Below are positions 24,030-36,112 of a stretch of DNA of 38,741 bases, in pieces. The stretch comes from Octopus bimaculoides (Eukaryota). The notes under the pieces were generated by a model. The model had not been told where the DNA came from and made no database searches. It worked only from the letters and a program-made list of their open reading frames with translations. A program made the translations under genes and the position numbers. Within the stretch, counting starts at the first letter, position 1. Every line of letters starts with the position of its first letter. The stretch covers positions 5,928,173 through 5,966,913 of the forward strand of contig NC_068988.1 in assembly GCF_001194135.2 (NCBI RefSeq). The letters run 5' to 3'.

Positions 24030-24190
24030 TCGATAAATACCTTAGGAATGAGAACCCAGGTTCGAAATTTCCCCAAGACACACCCGATGAAGGCTGGAGG
24101 GTATATCAACAGAAATGTTGTGTTAACAACAAACAAAATGAGGACAAACATCCGTCAAATGTTAATAATGTAAATAATGTAAATAATGTT
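23990..24190 (+). mobile_element. Penelope-associated terminal module with a degenerate hammerhead (24077-24124)
   Basis: (AAT)n-AACATCG...CCCAGGTTCGAAATTTCCCCAAG...GGCTGGAGGGTATATCA..GAAA..GTGTT. Homologous to 35850-36010 (-), which adjoins a GIY-YIG fragment. Confidence 0.7.
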
Positions 24191-24277
24191 CACCCAGATA
24201 TATCTCAGACATATCTCTGCAGCGAATAACTCTTTACACAAATGGACTATCGAGTCCAGTGAATGACTGTAATATGT

Positions 24278-24480
24278 CGGCGAGTTGGCAGAGTCGTTTG
24301 CCCGCTGGACAAAATGCTTGGCAGCATTTGTCCGTCTTTACGTTGAGTTCAAATTCCGCCGGGATCGACTTTGCCTTTCCTTCTTTCGGGGTCGATAAAA
24401 TAAGTACCAGTTGCGTACTGGGGTCGATGTGATCGACCTCCGCTCATCCCTGAACTTGTAGGCCTTGCGCCAAAACTTTG
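24278..24480 (+). mobile_element. SINE family C copy
   Basis: GGCGAGTTGGCAGAGTCG...GAGTTCAAATTCCGCC...GGGGTCGATAAAATAAGTACCAGTTGCGTACTGGGGTCGAT. Confidence 0.85.
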
Positions 24481-25092
24481 AAGCATCATTGATATTGGTA
24501 TTAAATTAGTCATGGCCTGGGCCAAAATTCGACTGAAACGTGTGTGTGAGTGTGTGTGTGTGTGTGTGGCGTGTGTGCGTGTGTGTGTGTAGTGTGTGTG
24601 CGTGTGTGTGTACATTTTGGAATTTATTTGGAATTTAATTGAAAGGAAATAAATTTCATCCCTTGTTCTAGCGTATCAGGACGCCAGCCAAAGGCTGCTA
24701 AGTACGATGACTAAACATCCGACACAGTATAGAGGAAAGGTTGGTCATCGACCGGTATTCTATCCACCCGACTACTCTCGATATTACAACAAATAGACTA
24801 TTCGCTACACAACAGTTTAATCTGTTTGGATATGCAAACTTTAAGATTATTTTACTTGCAACTTATTCAAATTTTTTCCTCAAAACAACCACTAAACACC
24901 CGGTTCTACATATAAACACATTCTATCACACACGCACACGCACACGCACACGCACACGCACACGCACACGCACACNNNNNNNNNNNNNNNNNNNNNNNNN
25001 NCACACACACACACACACACACACGCACAAAACGAATACTCGTAACAGTTTATTCGACAATTAGACAATGAGTAATGGAAGTAATTTTAGGA

Positions 25093-25107
25093 AAATTATT
25101 ATTATTA

Positions 25108-25139
<32 letters not shown>

Positions 25140-25167
25140 GTTATTATTATTATTATTGTTGTTGTTG

Positions 25168-25198
<31 letters not shown>

Positions 25199-25287
25199 CA
25201 TTATCGTTATCGTTATCATCATTATTATTATTATTAATATTATTGTTATTGTTATTATTATTATTATATTTTATTACTATTATTATT
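25093..25287. repeat. (ATT)n/(GTT)n repeat running into a gap
   Basis: Seen directly. Confidence 0.95.
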
Positions 25288-25846
25288 NNNNNNNNNNNNN
25301 NNNNNNNNNNNNNNNNNNNNNNNNNNNNNNNNNNNNNNNNNNNNNNNNNNNNNNNNNNNNNNNNNNNNNNNNNNNNNNNNNNNNNNNNNNNNNNNNNNNN
25401 NNNNNNNNNNNNNNNNNNNNNNNNNNNNNNNNNNNNNNNNNNNNNNNNNNNNNNNNNNNNNNNNNNNNNNNNNNNNNNNNNNNNNNNNNNNNNNNNNNNN
25501 NNNNNNNNNNNNNNNNNNNNNNNNNNNNNNNNNNNNNNNNNNNNNNNNNNNNNNNNNNNNNNNNNNNNNNNNNNNNNNNNNNNNNNNNNNNNNNNNNNNN
25601 NNNNNNNNNNNNNNNNNNNNNNNNNNNNNNNNNNNNNNNNNNNNNNNNNNNNNNNNNNNNNNNNNNNNNNNNNNNNNNNNNNNNNNNNNNNNNNNNNNNN
25701 NNNNNNNNNNNNNNNNNNNNNNNNNNNNNNNNNNNNNNNNNNNNNNNNNNNNNNNNNNNNNNNNNNNNNNNNNNNNNNNNNNNNNNNNNNNNNNNNNNNN
25801 NNNNNNNNNNNNNNNNNNNNNNNNNNNNNNNNNNNNNNNNNNNNNN

Positions 25847-25976
25847 TCTGTGGTATTGAGCAGAATATTTGCTGTAACCCCTCTTTTATACCAAGACAAA
25901 ACAGTGTACATGATAACACTTCCAATCAATAAAGATCAGAAGCCATGAGAGCCACTCCCTGGTACTGCATCCGGGC

Positions 25977-25980
<4 letters not shown>
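25847..25980 (+). mobile_element. Probable interspersed-repeat end abutting an (ATT)n tract
   Basis: Unique-looking 130 bp ending GGTACTGCATCCGGGCATTT and running into (ATT)n. Recalled as a common octopus repeat, not verified. Confidence 0.35.
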
Positions 25981-26036
<56 letters not shown>

Positions 26037-26330
26037 GATTATTATTATTATTATTAGTAGTAGTAGTAGTAGTATTAACCTAGCGCGGATTCTTTACTTG
26101 TGAACGGCGTCTGAAATGTAACTAATAATCAGAAATTAAATGTGGAGAAAGAAACTTAGGTATTGGATAGCAAAGAAAACTATATTTTCGACATGATGTA
26201 TGGTCGTAATATACATAACGCACACACACACAAATATACACATCCGCACTCACACACATTCATACGCACACACTCACACACTTATACATAGAAACTCGCG
26301 CACACTTATGTATTGCAATATATGTATACA

Positions 26331-26733
26331 TACGAGGGGGTGCCCAAAAGAAACCGTAATTTTGCAGTGTTATTTTATTCACCTAGTTTTACATGTTTAC
26401 ACTTTTATCGCCTTCAAAGAATTCTCTATTCCAAGCAATGGATTGTTCCAGACGTATTTTCCACTGTTCGAAGCAGTACTGGAACAGTGATGCCATTTAA
26501 CACCTCTGCCGTTTTTTATTTTATTTTTATGCACCTACAAATTCTGTAGTACCAGCCTTCGTCACAGGTGGTGACCTTCGAAAAAAAGGTGGGGATCAAC
26601 TTCCAAATGTTCTTTCATTTCATGACACCCATTCAGTCATAACTGTCTTTGATTTTCTGTGAGCAAGGGAGGCACAAATTTTGCTGCAACACTTTCATTC
26701 GCAATTCCTCGCTTAATATTCGATGGCAGGATC
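26331..26733 (-). mobile_element. Internally deleted mariner remnant with TIR
   Basis: SCHRILSEELRMK/VAAKFVPPLLTENQ...SKVTTCDEGWYY (first catalytic D region), then CFEQWKIRLEQSIAWNREFFEGD. TIR TACGAGGGGGTGCCC at 26331. Confidence 0.85.
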
Positions 26734-26902
26734 CATGCATCGTTAGCAGCTTTCTTGATTTCCTGTCCGACTCCTTTAGCTCTTCCTCTGACCACTTCAG
26801 GATTCCAGCGCCATACCGAACTACTGCGACTGCGCGCGATTTTATTGTTGAAATTATGTTTCCTTGCATTCAGTTTTGAAGCCAATATTTTTCTCACCCA
26901 CC
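26734..26902 (-). mobile_element. R4/Dong-like LINE ORF fragment
   Basis: WVRKILASKLNA/GNIISTIKSRAVAVVRYGAGILKWSEEELKESDRKSRKLLTMHG. Confidence 0.85.
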
Positions 26903-27550
26903 GCTCGCTCTTTTTTTCTTTTCCTTCCCTTTCTTCTTTCTCTTCCACTACAGCGATAACTACTTTATCTTTGTCCATTGTTCTTCGACTTATTCACCTC
27001 AACATACCCCTAAACTCTTTCACCTCCTTTCCCCCACACTCATCCACCTCCTGTTTTTCTCCTTCTTCTCTTCTTCTTCTCGTTCTACTTCTTTTTCATC
27101 ATAATCATTATTCTTCACCGGCACCTCTTAACTTACATTCTTTTCTTAAAAGACCTCTCCAAACCATTCTTCTCTATTAAACAAACTGCAATACAAAACT
27201 ATTCACTCTCCAATTAATAATTAAAAAAAAAAAAACCTTTTACTTTGTAATGAATATTTAAATTCTGAAATGAATTAAATCAATNNNNNNNNNNNNNNNN
27301 NNNNNNNNNNNNNNNNNNNNNNNNAAATTTTTCTCTTAATGAATATTCAAACACTTTATTAGACCAAATAATTCAACAATGTGCATACAGATTCACAGTC
27401 GTATATGCACCAGAATAAAACATCATGAAAGAGCAGAACAAACAAACAATCTACGTATAGAACATGACAGAAATACTAACTTTTATCTGAGTTAATGTAT
27501 GTATTTTTTTTTTTATCAAAAACTGTTTTGTATACATTCTGAAATAAATG

Positions 27551-27937
27551 TGCGCAGCTGTGTGGTAAGACGTTTGCTGCCCTTCCACTTGGTTCCGGTT
27601 TCAGTTCCATATCTTCCACAAGTGTCTTCTACTATAGCATCGAGCCGAGCGTAACCTTATGAGTGAATTCGGTAGATGGAAACTGAAAGAAGCCCGTCGT
27701 GTGTATGTGTGTGTCTCTGTTTCTTTGTGTCTGTGTTTGTCTCCCACTACGACTTGAAAATGGGTATTGGTTTATTTACGTCCCCGTAACTTAGCCTTTG
27801 CCGTCCGGCAAAGAGACCGATAGAATCAGTACCGGTCTTTAAATAAATAAGTACCGGAGTCGATTCATTCGACTAAAAATTCTTCAAGGTGGTGCCCCAG
27901 CATGGCCTCGGCCTCATGACTGAAATAAAGATAAAGA
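27551..27937 (+). mobile_element. Near-full-length SINE family A
   Basis: Colinear with 20474-20886. Confidence 0.9.
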
Positions 27938-28021
27938 TATACATAGTTATTTCCTTAGTTGTTTGGATATTTAAGCAAGTGACTAGCAATAAAGAAATGA
28001 TATAACCAGTGCGTGTGTTAT

Positions 28022-28104
<83 letters not shown>

Positions 28105-28430
28105 CACGGGTGTGTATGGTGTATGATTGTGTATAGAAGAATGTATTACTCAAAGAAATTCCAACTTTGATTTTCACGTATTATTTACAATCTTACGATA
28201 ATATAACATAAGATAATATAATACAATGAAATGACAGACAATTAAATGTGCATTCTGATTGAACTAGTACTTTCATGCATTAAATTATGCAAATCTTCAG
28301 GTTCATGTAGTAGTGGTGACAGTTATGATTTACAAGTTGTAAATTGTAAAACATTTCATTATCTTATCTTATCTATTATAAGATTGTAAATAAAACGTGA
28401 AAATCAAAGTTTGAATTTCTTTGTATAATA

Positions 28431-28672
28431 TGTGTGTGTGTGTGCGCCTGTGTCTTAGTGTCTGCGTTTGTCCCCCACCATAGTTTGACAACCGATGTTG
28501 ATGTGCTTACGTCCCCGTAACTTAGCAATATGTCAAAATAGAAGTGATAAAATAAGTACCCGGGTTTCAAAAAAAAAGTACCAGGTTCGATTCGTTCGAC
28601 TAAAATTGTTCAAGGCGGTGTCCCAGCATGGCCGCGATCTAATGACTGAAACAAGTAAAGAAATAAATAAAA
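28431..28672 (+). mobile_element. SINE family A, 3' half
   Basis: TGACAACCGATG...TACGTCCCCGTAACTTAGC...CCAGCATGGCCGC...ATGACTGAAAC. Confidence 0.85.
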
Positions 28673-29171
28673 GATGCATACATTATTAGATATGGCAGGT
28701 ACGCGTGCGCACGCGAGTGTGTGTCTGTGAGGTCGATATTCAGCGAGACAAAGTTTGCATTTTCTTTTTCCTGTAGCTACTTAACAACAACTACGAATTT
28801 CAAAAAAGTATGTAGAAGCAGAATATTTAGCAAACAATGTAACAGACAGAATAATAGTTTTGTATGCGACAATTTGCAAATATTGATACAAACATGCACA
28901 AACAGGGAAATTAAAGGAGTACAGAAACTTGTAACGTAAAAGTTAAATCAGGCAGAAATTTGAGATAATCAGAGGTAATATTTTATTGAGAAAATATTAT
29001 TTCTTTCTAAATTCACGGTAAAATTGTTTCGATAAATGTATGCTGTGAGATCAAAATCATCTGTTGTGACTTAGAAGCCTTATATATTATTATTATTTTT
29101 AGACTCATATATATTGAGTGTATTCATGATTCAAGAAAACACAGCCGTGACTATTCTTACCTACAGTGTTA

Positions 29172-29320
29172 GTGTAGGTAAGAAGCTTGCTTCCCAACTA
29201 TATGGTTCCGGGTTCAGTCCCCTTGTGTGACAACTTGGGCAAGTGTCTTGCTATAGCCTCGAGCCGACCAAAGCCTTGTGAGTGAATTTGGTTAAGGGAA
29301 ACTGAAAGAAGCGCGTCGTG
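29172..29320 (+). mobile_element. SINE family A, 5' half
   Basis: GGTAAGAAGCTTGCTTCCCAAC...TTGGGCAAGTGTCTT...AACTGAAAGAAG. Confidence 0.88.
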
Positions 29321-29448
29321 TGTGTATATATATATATTATTTATTCGCAATAGAATTGAAGGATAAATTCACGTTAATGATTATATCAGATAATCTGTAT
29401 GAAATAAAAACTTACACGTAATTTATATATTAAATTAATAATAATAAT

Positions 29449-29480
<32 letters not shown>

Positions 29481-30385
29481 NNNNNNNNNNNNNNNNNNNN
29501 NNNNNNNNNNNNNNNNNNNNNNNNNNNNNNNNNNATATATATATATATATATATATATTCATATTCCCGTGTATTGTGTTGACGAAGGAAAAGTCTTTTT
29601 TATGGCTTTAATCCAGAAATTAAACTCAGTTTACAATTAACATGTAGTCGTTTTTAGCATTTTTTCACTTGCCCAACTACAATATGTCTGTTTGGAGTTA
29701 TTTTGTGGTCTCATAGTGCCTTAGCATTTATTACAAACATGTAGGAGACAGGTCGTTTCGCTCTGCTCCCTTCTCGACTGGCGTCGTTCGTAAACCGAAG
29801 TTCTACTGCATATAATATCATGCAATAAACACAGAAGATTTAAATATGCTCGGATAATACATTAATCGGACGAGCTTCTACAGTGTGCCTTTTACTATCC
29901 GGTAATCTTTCAGGTGCAAAAAATATACTAGACACACACACGCACACATTTGTTTATTTAACATACAATATGTATTTGCAGTTTATCAAAATTATCCTCA
30001 ACTTTCCACCAAGCGATTATTCTACCTATCCTGAAAGCTGTCATATTTCAACAAATCATTGTATTAAATAAATCCTTATTCTTCATTGTTACGAATACTT
30101 TTACCTTAGACCTGACAAGTAAACAGACGTCTTGAATTCAATTACGTTTATCTTTTCCCCTCTTATCACGCTTGGTTATTTTTTACGTCTGCGTGACCCG
30201 AAACATTACGGTTCCTTTCATTCCTCTTTTGGCAAATTAATCTTCATGGAACATTGTTTGTTAGTTTTTGGCTTCATGATCTTACTCGTATTATATATGT
30301 GTAATTTTTCTGTGTATATACACCCATATAATCAAACACACACATACACATGTATGCATGTATGTATGTTTGTAAGTGTATGCAT

Positions 30386-30440
30386 GTGGAGGCGCAATGG
30401 CCCAGTGGTTAGGGCAGCTGACTCGCGGTCATAGGATCGC
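30386..30440 (+). mobile_element. Truncated tRNA-like SINE head (family B)
   Basis: GTGGAGGCGCAATGGCCCAGTGGTTAGGG (A box). Confidence 0.6.
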
Positions 30441-30958
30441 AGTAGTGTATTGTGAGTCTTACATGGATTTCGTAGAGAGCGAACATTTGTTGATGGCTGT
30501 AGTGTTTTGATTATGTGAATCTTGACTGTAAGTGATATGATTACTCTAGTGAAAATAGAGACATTGCATAAACATTAACGCTTTCACATTCATTTCGCAA
30601 TGCCCTTTCAAAATATAGCTTCTAAGTTTATTTTCTTAACGCCGCCTTCCAACACGGACAGCTGCATCATCTCAGTTAAGAGCTTTCATTTAATGACAGA
30701 CATACTTTCTGCGTTTCATTTCATTTTCCATATACCCCAAGTCGAAAGATCGTAACTTGTTTGTCATCATATTGCATATATGCATTTCTTATTTCTACTT
30801 TTGTTATCAAGTTCTGGCATATTTTTCCAAAATTGTTCACTGTCAAACACAAAATTGCTATCTTGACTTACGCATATCTGATAGTTTCCTTTGACGCCAA
30901 ATAACGATTGTCAAAAATTTTGAGATGTAATTTCCATTATATATGACGCTTTGTTCCA

Positions 30959-31014
<56 letters not shown>

Positions 31015-31774
31015 ATACATATACACATATTTAGCTATATATATGCAAACATATATACATAGGTAGACACACATATAAGCTTGTACATACATACATGTAT
31101 ATATATACACACATATACATATAAATACATATATAGATACATATTCTATATTATATTATATATATATATATATCCTATTAAGAAGTCAAATCTTCGCTTT
31201 AATAGTTAATTGCTTAACGTCTGAGAATATTTAAGCCTTTATTCTACGACTTTTGCTTCTAAAAGCAATTTGACAACACAAAAAGAAAATACAACCGAAA
31301 ATAACTGAAACATTAACACACGCAAGATGGATAGATTCGTTCTTTATTTCTGAGCTCGCTATATTTTATGTCCCCTACACCACTAATGCTTTTAATGGTA
31401 TAACTGATGGAATACATATTTGATGTCCTCTGGTGGCCAGTTAGTGTCAGGGAGAAATTGATTTGTACACAATATTTAACAGGATAAGAAGTCAGGATTT
31501 GAAATCGAGGAACGAAGAATATGATACACAGAATTTAAGGTTTTTTTTCTTTTTGCTTATATATTACGAAGATCTTAACATATCTAGTATTAGGTAGTTA
31601 CGTATAAGACTACTTCATTCTTATTAGAAATTCTCAGCTTGACATAACCCAAGGTACATAAATTGATCTAATTTAAAATTTTACGAAGCGAAACATTTTT
31701 ATAGTTGGAAAATAAATCTTTAACTTGGTAGCTGGGAAATATTTCTGAGATGGGAACCACGAAATCAACCTTTC

Positions 31775-32095
31775 CTTCTATTATAGCCTTAAACCGACCA
31801 AAGCTTTGGGAGTGGGTTTGGTAGACGGAAACTGAAAGAAGCCCGTCGTATATATATATATGTGTGTGTGTGTGTATGTGTGTGTGTGTCTTTGTGTCTA
31901 TGTTAGTCTCCTACCCTCATCACCGCCTCACAACCGGTGTTGGCGTGTTTACGTCCCCATAACTTAGCGGTTCGGCAAAAGAAACCGATAGAATAAGTAC
32001 CATCTTAATAAATAAGTACTGGGGTCGACTAAAAATTGAAGGCAGTACCCCAGCATGGCCGCAGTCTAATGACTGAAACTAGTAAAAGATACAAG

Positions 32096-32098
<3 letters not shown>
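31775..32098 (+). mobile_element. SINE family A lacking its head
   Basis: Colinear with 20565-20886. Confidence 0.88.
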
Positions 32099-32165
<67 letters not shown>

Positions 32166-32499
32166 ACCACTCGCTAAAGATGTTCCTATTCTTTCAATAG
32201 CGTATTTAAACATCACGTGACGTTAAAGATGATGTTGAAGGCAATGAGGTTTGGCAGAAGAACGACAGAGGGCGTTGAGGTGAGAGAATATTTTGAAGAC
32301 CAAAATAACAATTGATTGTCTTATCTGAGTGCTGAATAACAGAGCACAAATAAATCAAATCTAACTTGGAGATGAATGATGAGAGAGTTAGTTCTTCATT
32401 TATCTTGCACTGTTAAGCTTTCCGTTTCCGATTTGCGGAAGTTGATGCGCAGTGATAACAAATTAGAAAACTCATAGCGATTCGCGACGAACTTTCCTT

Positions 32500-32658
32500 C
32501 ATTAACTCCCTATATATATAAATAGATAGATAGATAGAGAGAGAGGGGGGGAGATAGACAGACAGATAGATAAATACATATACACCATTCTCAGCAATAT
32601 ATATATGTGTGTGTGTGTGTGTGTATATATATATAGAGAGAGAGATAGATAGACAGAC

Positions 32659-32720
<62 letters not shown>

Positions 32721-32878
32721 ACATCAGTCTCAGGAATATATATGTGTGTGTGTGTAGAAAGAGAGAGAGAGAGAGGGAGAGTGATAGATAGATAGATATA
32801 CACGTGTATATAAACATTAATAGATCTATTTATTCGCTCTCTCTCCCCTCGTTTTCTCTACCTCTTATCCCGTCTCTC

Positions 32879-32945
<67 letters not shown>
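32500..32945. repeat. (GATA)n/(GA)n/(TC)n compound microsatellites
   Basis: Seen directly. Confidence 0.9.
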
Positions 32946-33181
32946 GGCTGTGTGATAAGTACCTCGCTTCCCAACCACACGGCTCCGCTTTCAGTCCCAC
33001 TGCGTGGCACCTTGGGCAAGTGTCTTCTACTATAACCTCGGGCCGACCAAAGCCTTGCGGGTGGATTTGGTAGACGGAAACTGAAAGAAGCCCGTCGTAT
33101 ATGTGTATATGTATGTGTGTATGTTTGTGTGTGTGTCTTTGTATGTCTGTGTTTGTCATCCCAACATCGTTTGACAACCGA
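32945..33181 (+). mobile_element. SINE family A, 5' two-thirds
   Basis: GGCTGTGTGATAAGT...GGCACCTTGGGCAAGTGTCTTC...TTTGACAACCG. Confidence 0.9.
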
Positions 33182-33679
33182 TTTATAATAGCTTTAGTAA
33201 TGAAGCTTGTTAATACTACACTGAGTCGGATAAGCAAACTTAATTGCCTGCTCCATCGGTTTTCATCACAATGAATACACTAACATTTCGAATAATGACA
33301 TTATAACCATCTCCTTGTTTTATAGTGTAAGTGGCTGGATTTTCTACTAGTACTTGTGCCCATAATGTAAGCTTTAGACTTAATTTATGTAACATCATAA
33401 TAGACAAGATTGTGTTTTCATTCTAATTAGTTGTATAGTTCGCTGAACAAATATCCAGCCATCTTTCGTGTTGTGAATATATCAAGAAAAAAAGAAATTC
33501 AAATGTTGTTTCTGAGTCATAAGGTCATGAGGTCATGAGGTCAAAAGGTCGGGTTACTGGATTCTGTGGTTTATATATACGTCCGTTCATTTGAACGTCG
33601 GTGCAGGGAAAGAAAGATGTAACATCATAATAGACAAGATTGTGAGGAAAGGAAAAGTAGACGATGGTGACGTGTGAGC

Positions 33680-33685
33680 AACGAG

Positions 33686-33774
<89 letters not shown>

Positions 33775-34042
33775 AAATGGTGAAAGAGGGAGGGGAGAAA
33801 AAGGGAATTAGAGAAGGATGGAGGAAGAAAACAGTATATAGCAGCGTCGCATCAAGAAGGTAAAGACAAGCTTACTTGGAAATGGATGCGTGGCGTTCAG
33901 TTCTCTTTCACCGTTTTCTAACTGTCTCACTCTCTCCCCATTTTTTTCCTCACTCTCTCTCTCTCTCTTGTTGCTCACACGTGACCATCGTCCATCTTTC
34001 TTTTCATGCACGGACAATCAAAGGAGTCTCACTCTCTCTCTC

Positions 34043-34075
<33 letters not shown>

Positions 34076-34309
34076 NNNNNNNNNNNNNNNNNNNNNNNNN
34101 NNNNNNNNNNNNNNNNNNNNNNNNNNNNNNNNNNNNNNNNNNNNNNNNNNNNNNNNNNNNNNNNNNNNNNNNNNNNNNNNNNNNNNNNNNNNNNNNNNNN
34201 NNNNNNNNNNNNNNNNNNNNNNNNNNNNNNNNNNNNNNNNNNNNNNNNNNNNNNNNNNNNNNNACTCTCTCTCTCTCTCACTCTCCTTCTCTCTCTCACT
34301 CTCTCTCTC

Positions 34310-34340
<31 letters not shown>
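33680..34340. repeat. (GA)n block (33680-33770) and (CT)n blocks (33940-34340, gapped)
   Basis: Seen directly. Confidence 0.9.
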
Positions 34341-34345
<5 letters not shown>

Positions 34346-34557
34346 TCTTTTCTCTTTCCAAAGAAAATATTTCTCTCAGCGTTCACTACTTTCCTCTCGC
34401 TTTGGTCTAACGACCCTTCATGTTTCTTTTCATTCGGTTTCTTTGTATGTCTCCACCGTCCTGCTTTTGACCCTCCATAAATCCGAAATTTTATTCTAGA
34501 ATTTATGGGAGCAACTGCCTTTGAAGACTCATATTGTCGTTAAAAGCCCGAAATGAA

Positions 34558-34650
34558 GAGTAAATAGACACTCACAACGTCCGGTCTGGGAATCGAAAAC
34601 GCGATTCTACGACCGCTACCCTAACCACTAGGCCATCACGTCTCCACAAG
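34558..34650 (-). mobile_element. tRNA-like SINE head (family B)
   Basis: Reverse complement GTGGAGACGTGATGGCCTAGTGGTTAGGG...TTCGATTCCCAGACCGG, with A and B boxes. Confidence 0.75.
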
Positions 34651-34875
34651 TAAATATTACTACAAAAACGAAATATAAATTTTAACATACAATTGCCAAC
34701 CAAGTGTGGCGTCCTATACAGGACAGTGCTACTGACGTTTGTAACACCAGGAAGACATCTTTTCTTTATATCTCGCTCAGAGATTTAATATAGAAATATA
34801 AATTATTAATTGATAATTCATATTTCATTTTTGTATTTCGTTCGCAAAATTTTTGCTTTTTATTGAAATATATTC

Positions 34876-35090
34876 TGTTGTGTGGTGAGGACGACCATTA
34901 CGTCAGTAATAAATAAAAGGAGTGTTTCTAATTCACTGCTTGCTTATTAGTCAATTGGTTAGCCATTGAACCAATGGTCTACCTGATTGCTTGTTTAATT
35001 GTTTAGTCCATCGACCAATTGTTTAGGTTATCGAAATCTTATCATTACCGTTCGTGACCTCATCAGTCACATCGCCTCTCTACTCCACAT
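34876..35090 (+). repeat. Interspersed repeat related to the start of the 332-1640 element
   Basis: Both start TGTTGTGT and share the exact 16-mer ATTAGTCAATTGGTTA 70-71 bp later. Confidence 0.5.
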
Positions 35091-35103
35091 CTGCCTCTCT
35101 CTG

Positions 35104-35156
<53 letters not shown>

Positions 35157-35718
35157 ATGTGTGTGTGCATGCGTGTGTGTGTATGCATGTATGTATATGG
35201 GTGTGTGTATGTATGTGAGTATGCATGTATGTATATCTAAATATATATGTATACGTAGAAACATAAATATAGGTAAATGTGTGTGTGTGCGCATGCGTGT
35301 GCATGCGCAAACGCAGCCATGAAAATATCAAAACGGGGGACAAAGACCAGCGGAAGTTATAATTATTACTCTAACGCTCACTGAGAGAGAAACAAAATTA
35401 CCAACAACGAAGAAGGATTCTTGAAGCACAGGAAACTCGCGGAAATTAAGTTTCATACGATCATCAAAATTGCCAAATGCGATTTTATGTAATGTTAACA
35501 ATGGCTATAAAATCGCAGGCGACATTTAATTCGCATAATATAATTATATCATAGAATATTTAGTACTTACTACCATCTGACTTTCTGGTCCTCTCAAGTT
35601 CATTGACTTTATACTTGAAATATATTATCGATCTTTCCCTTTCGATTAATCTAGCTCATTGATTCTTATGTAAGCAACACATTTTTCTTTGCTTCCCTTC
35701 ACACACGTACCCATTGCG

Positions 35719-35767
<49 letters not shown>

Positions 35768-35849
35768 CTGTGTGCGCGCACGCGTGTATATATATATATA
35801 TATGCATGTGCATATATATATGTATATATATATATATATATATACGTTA

Positions 35850-36010
35850 TTTACACTATTTACATTTGACGGATATTTGTCCTAATCTTGTTTGTTTTTA
35901 ACACCACGTTTCGGCTGATACACCCTCCAGCCTTGGGGAAATTTCGAACCTGGGTTTCCATTCTTAAGCTATTTTTCGATGTTATTGTTATTATTATTAT
36001 TATTATTATT
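35850..36010 (-). mobile_element. Penelope-associated terminal module with a core-deleted hammerhead
   Basis: Homologous to 23990-24190. Retains GGCTG/CAGCC stem II and GAAACGT but lacks CTGATGA. Confidence 0.75.
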
Positions 36011-36015
36011 ATTCA

Positions 36016-36083
36016 TGCCTGGAATCGAACTCGGAATCTTGGGGTTAGTAGCCCGCGCTCTTCACCACTACGCCATATTGTCC
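36016..36083 (-). other. tRNA-derived Pol III promoter-like segment (SINE-head type, not a functional tRNA)
   Basis: A box TGGCGTAGTGG, B box GAGTTCGATTCC, anticodon-like loop CTACTAA. The acceptor stem is not intact. Confidence 0.7.
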
Positions 36084-36112
36084 GTGGGTAATTATGGAGT
36101 GAATTTTAGGGC

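Noticed and set aside
29750-29790. GAAGGG...CGAAACG on the minus strand, resembling a decayed hammerhead
   Set aside because: No CTGANGA core and no stem II pairing
35041-35075. CTGATGAG...GAA on the minus strand, hammerhead-like
   Set aside because: A15.1 is missing, there is no stem I/III partner, and the core sits inside a competing GTGAC/GTCAC hairpin
36016-36083. Possible tRNA gene (also the heads at 30386 and 34558)
   Set aside because: No intact acceptor stem or complete cloverleaf, so these are treated as SINE-type tRNA-derived heads
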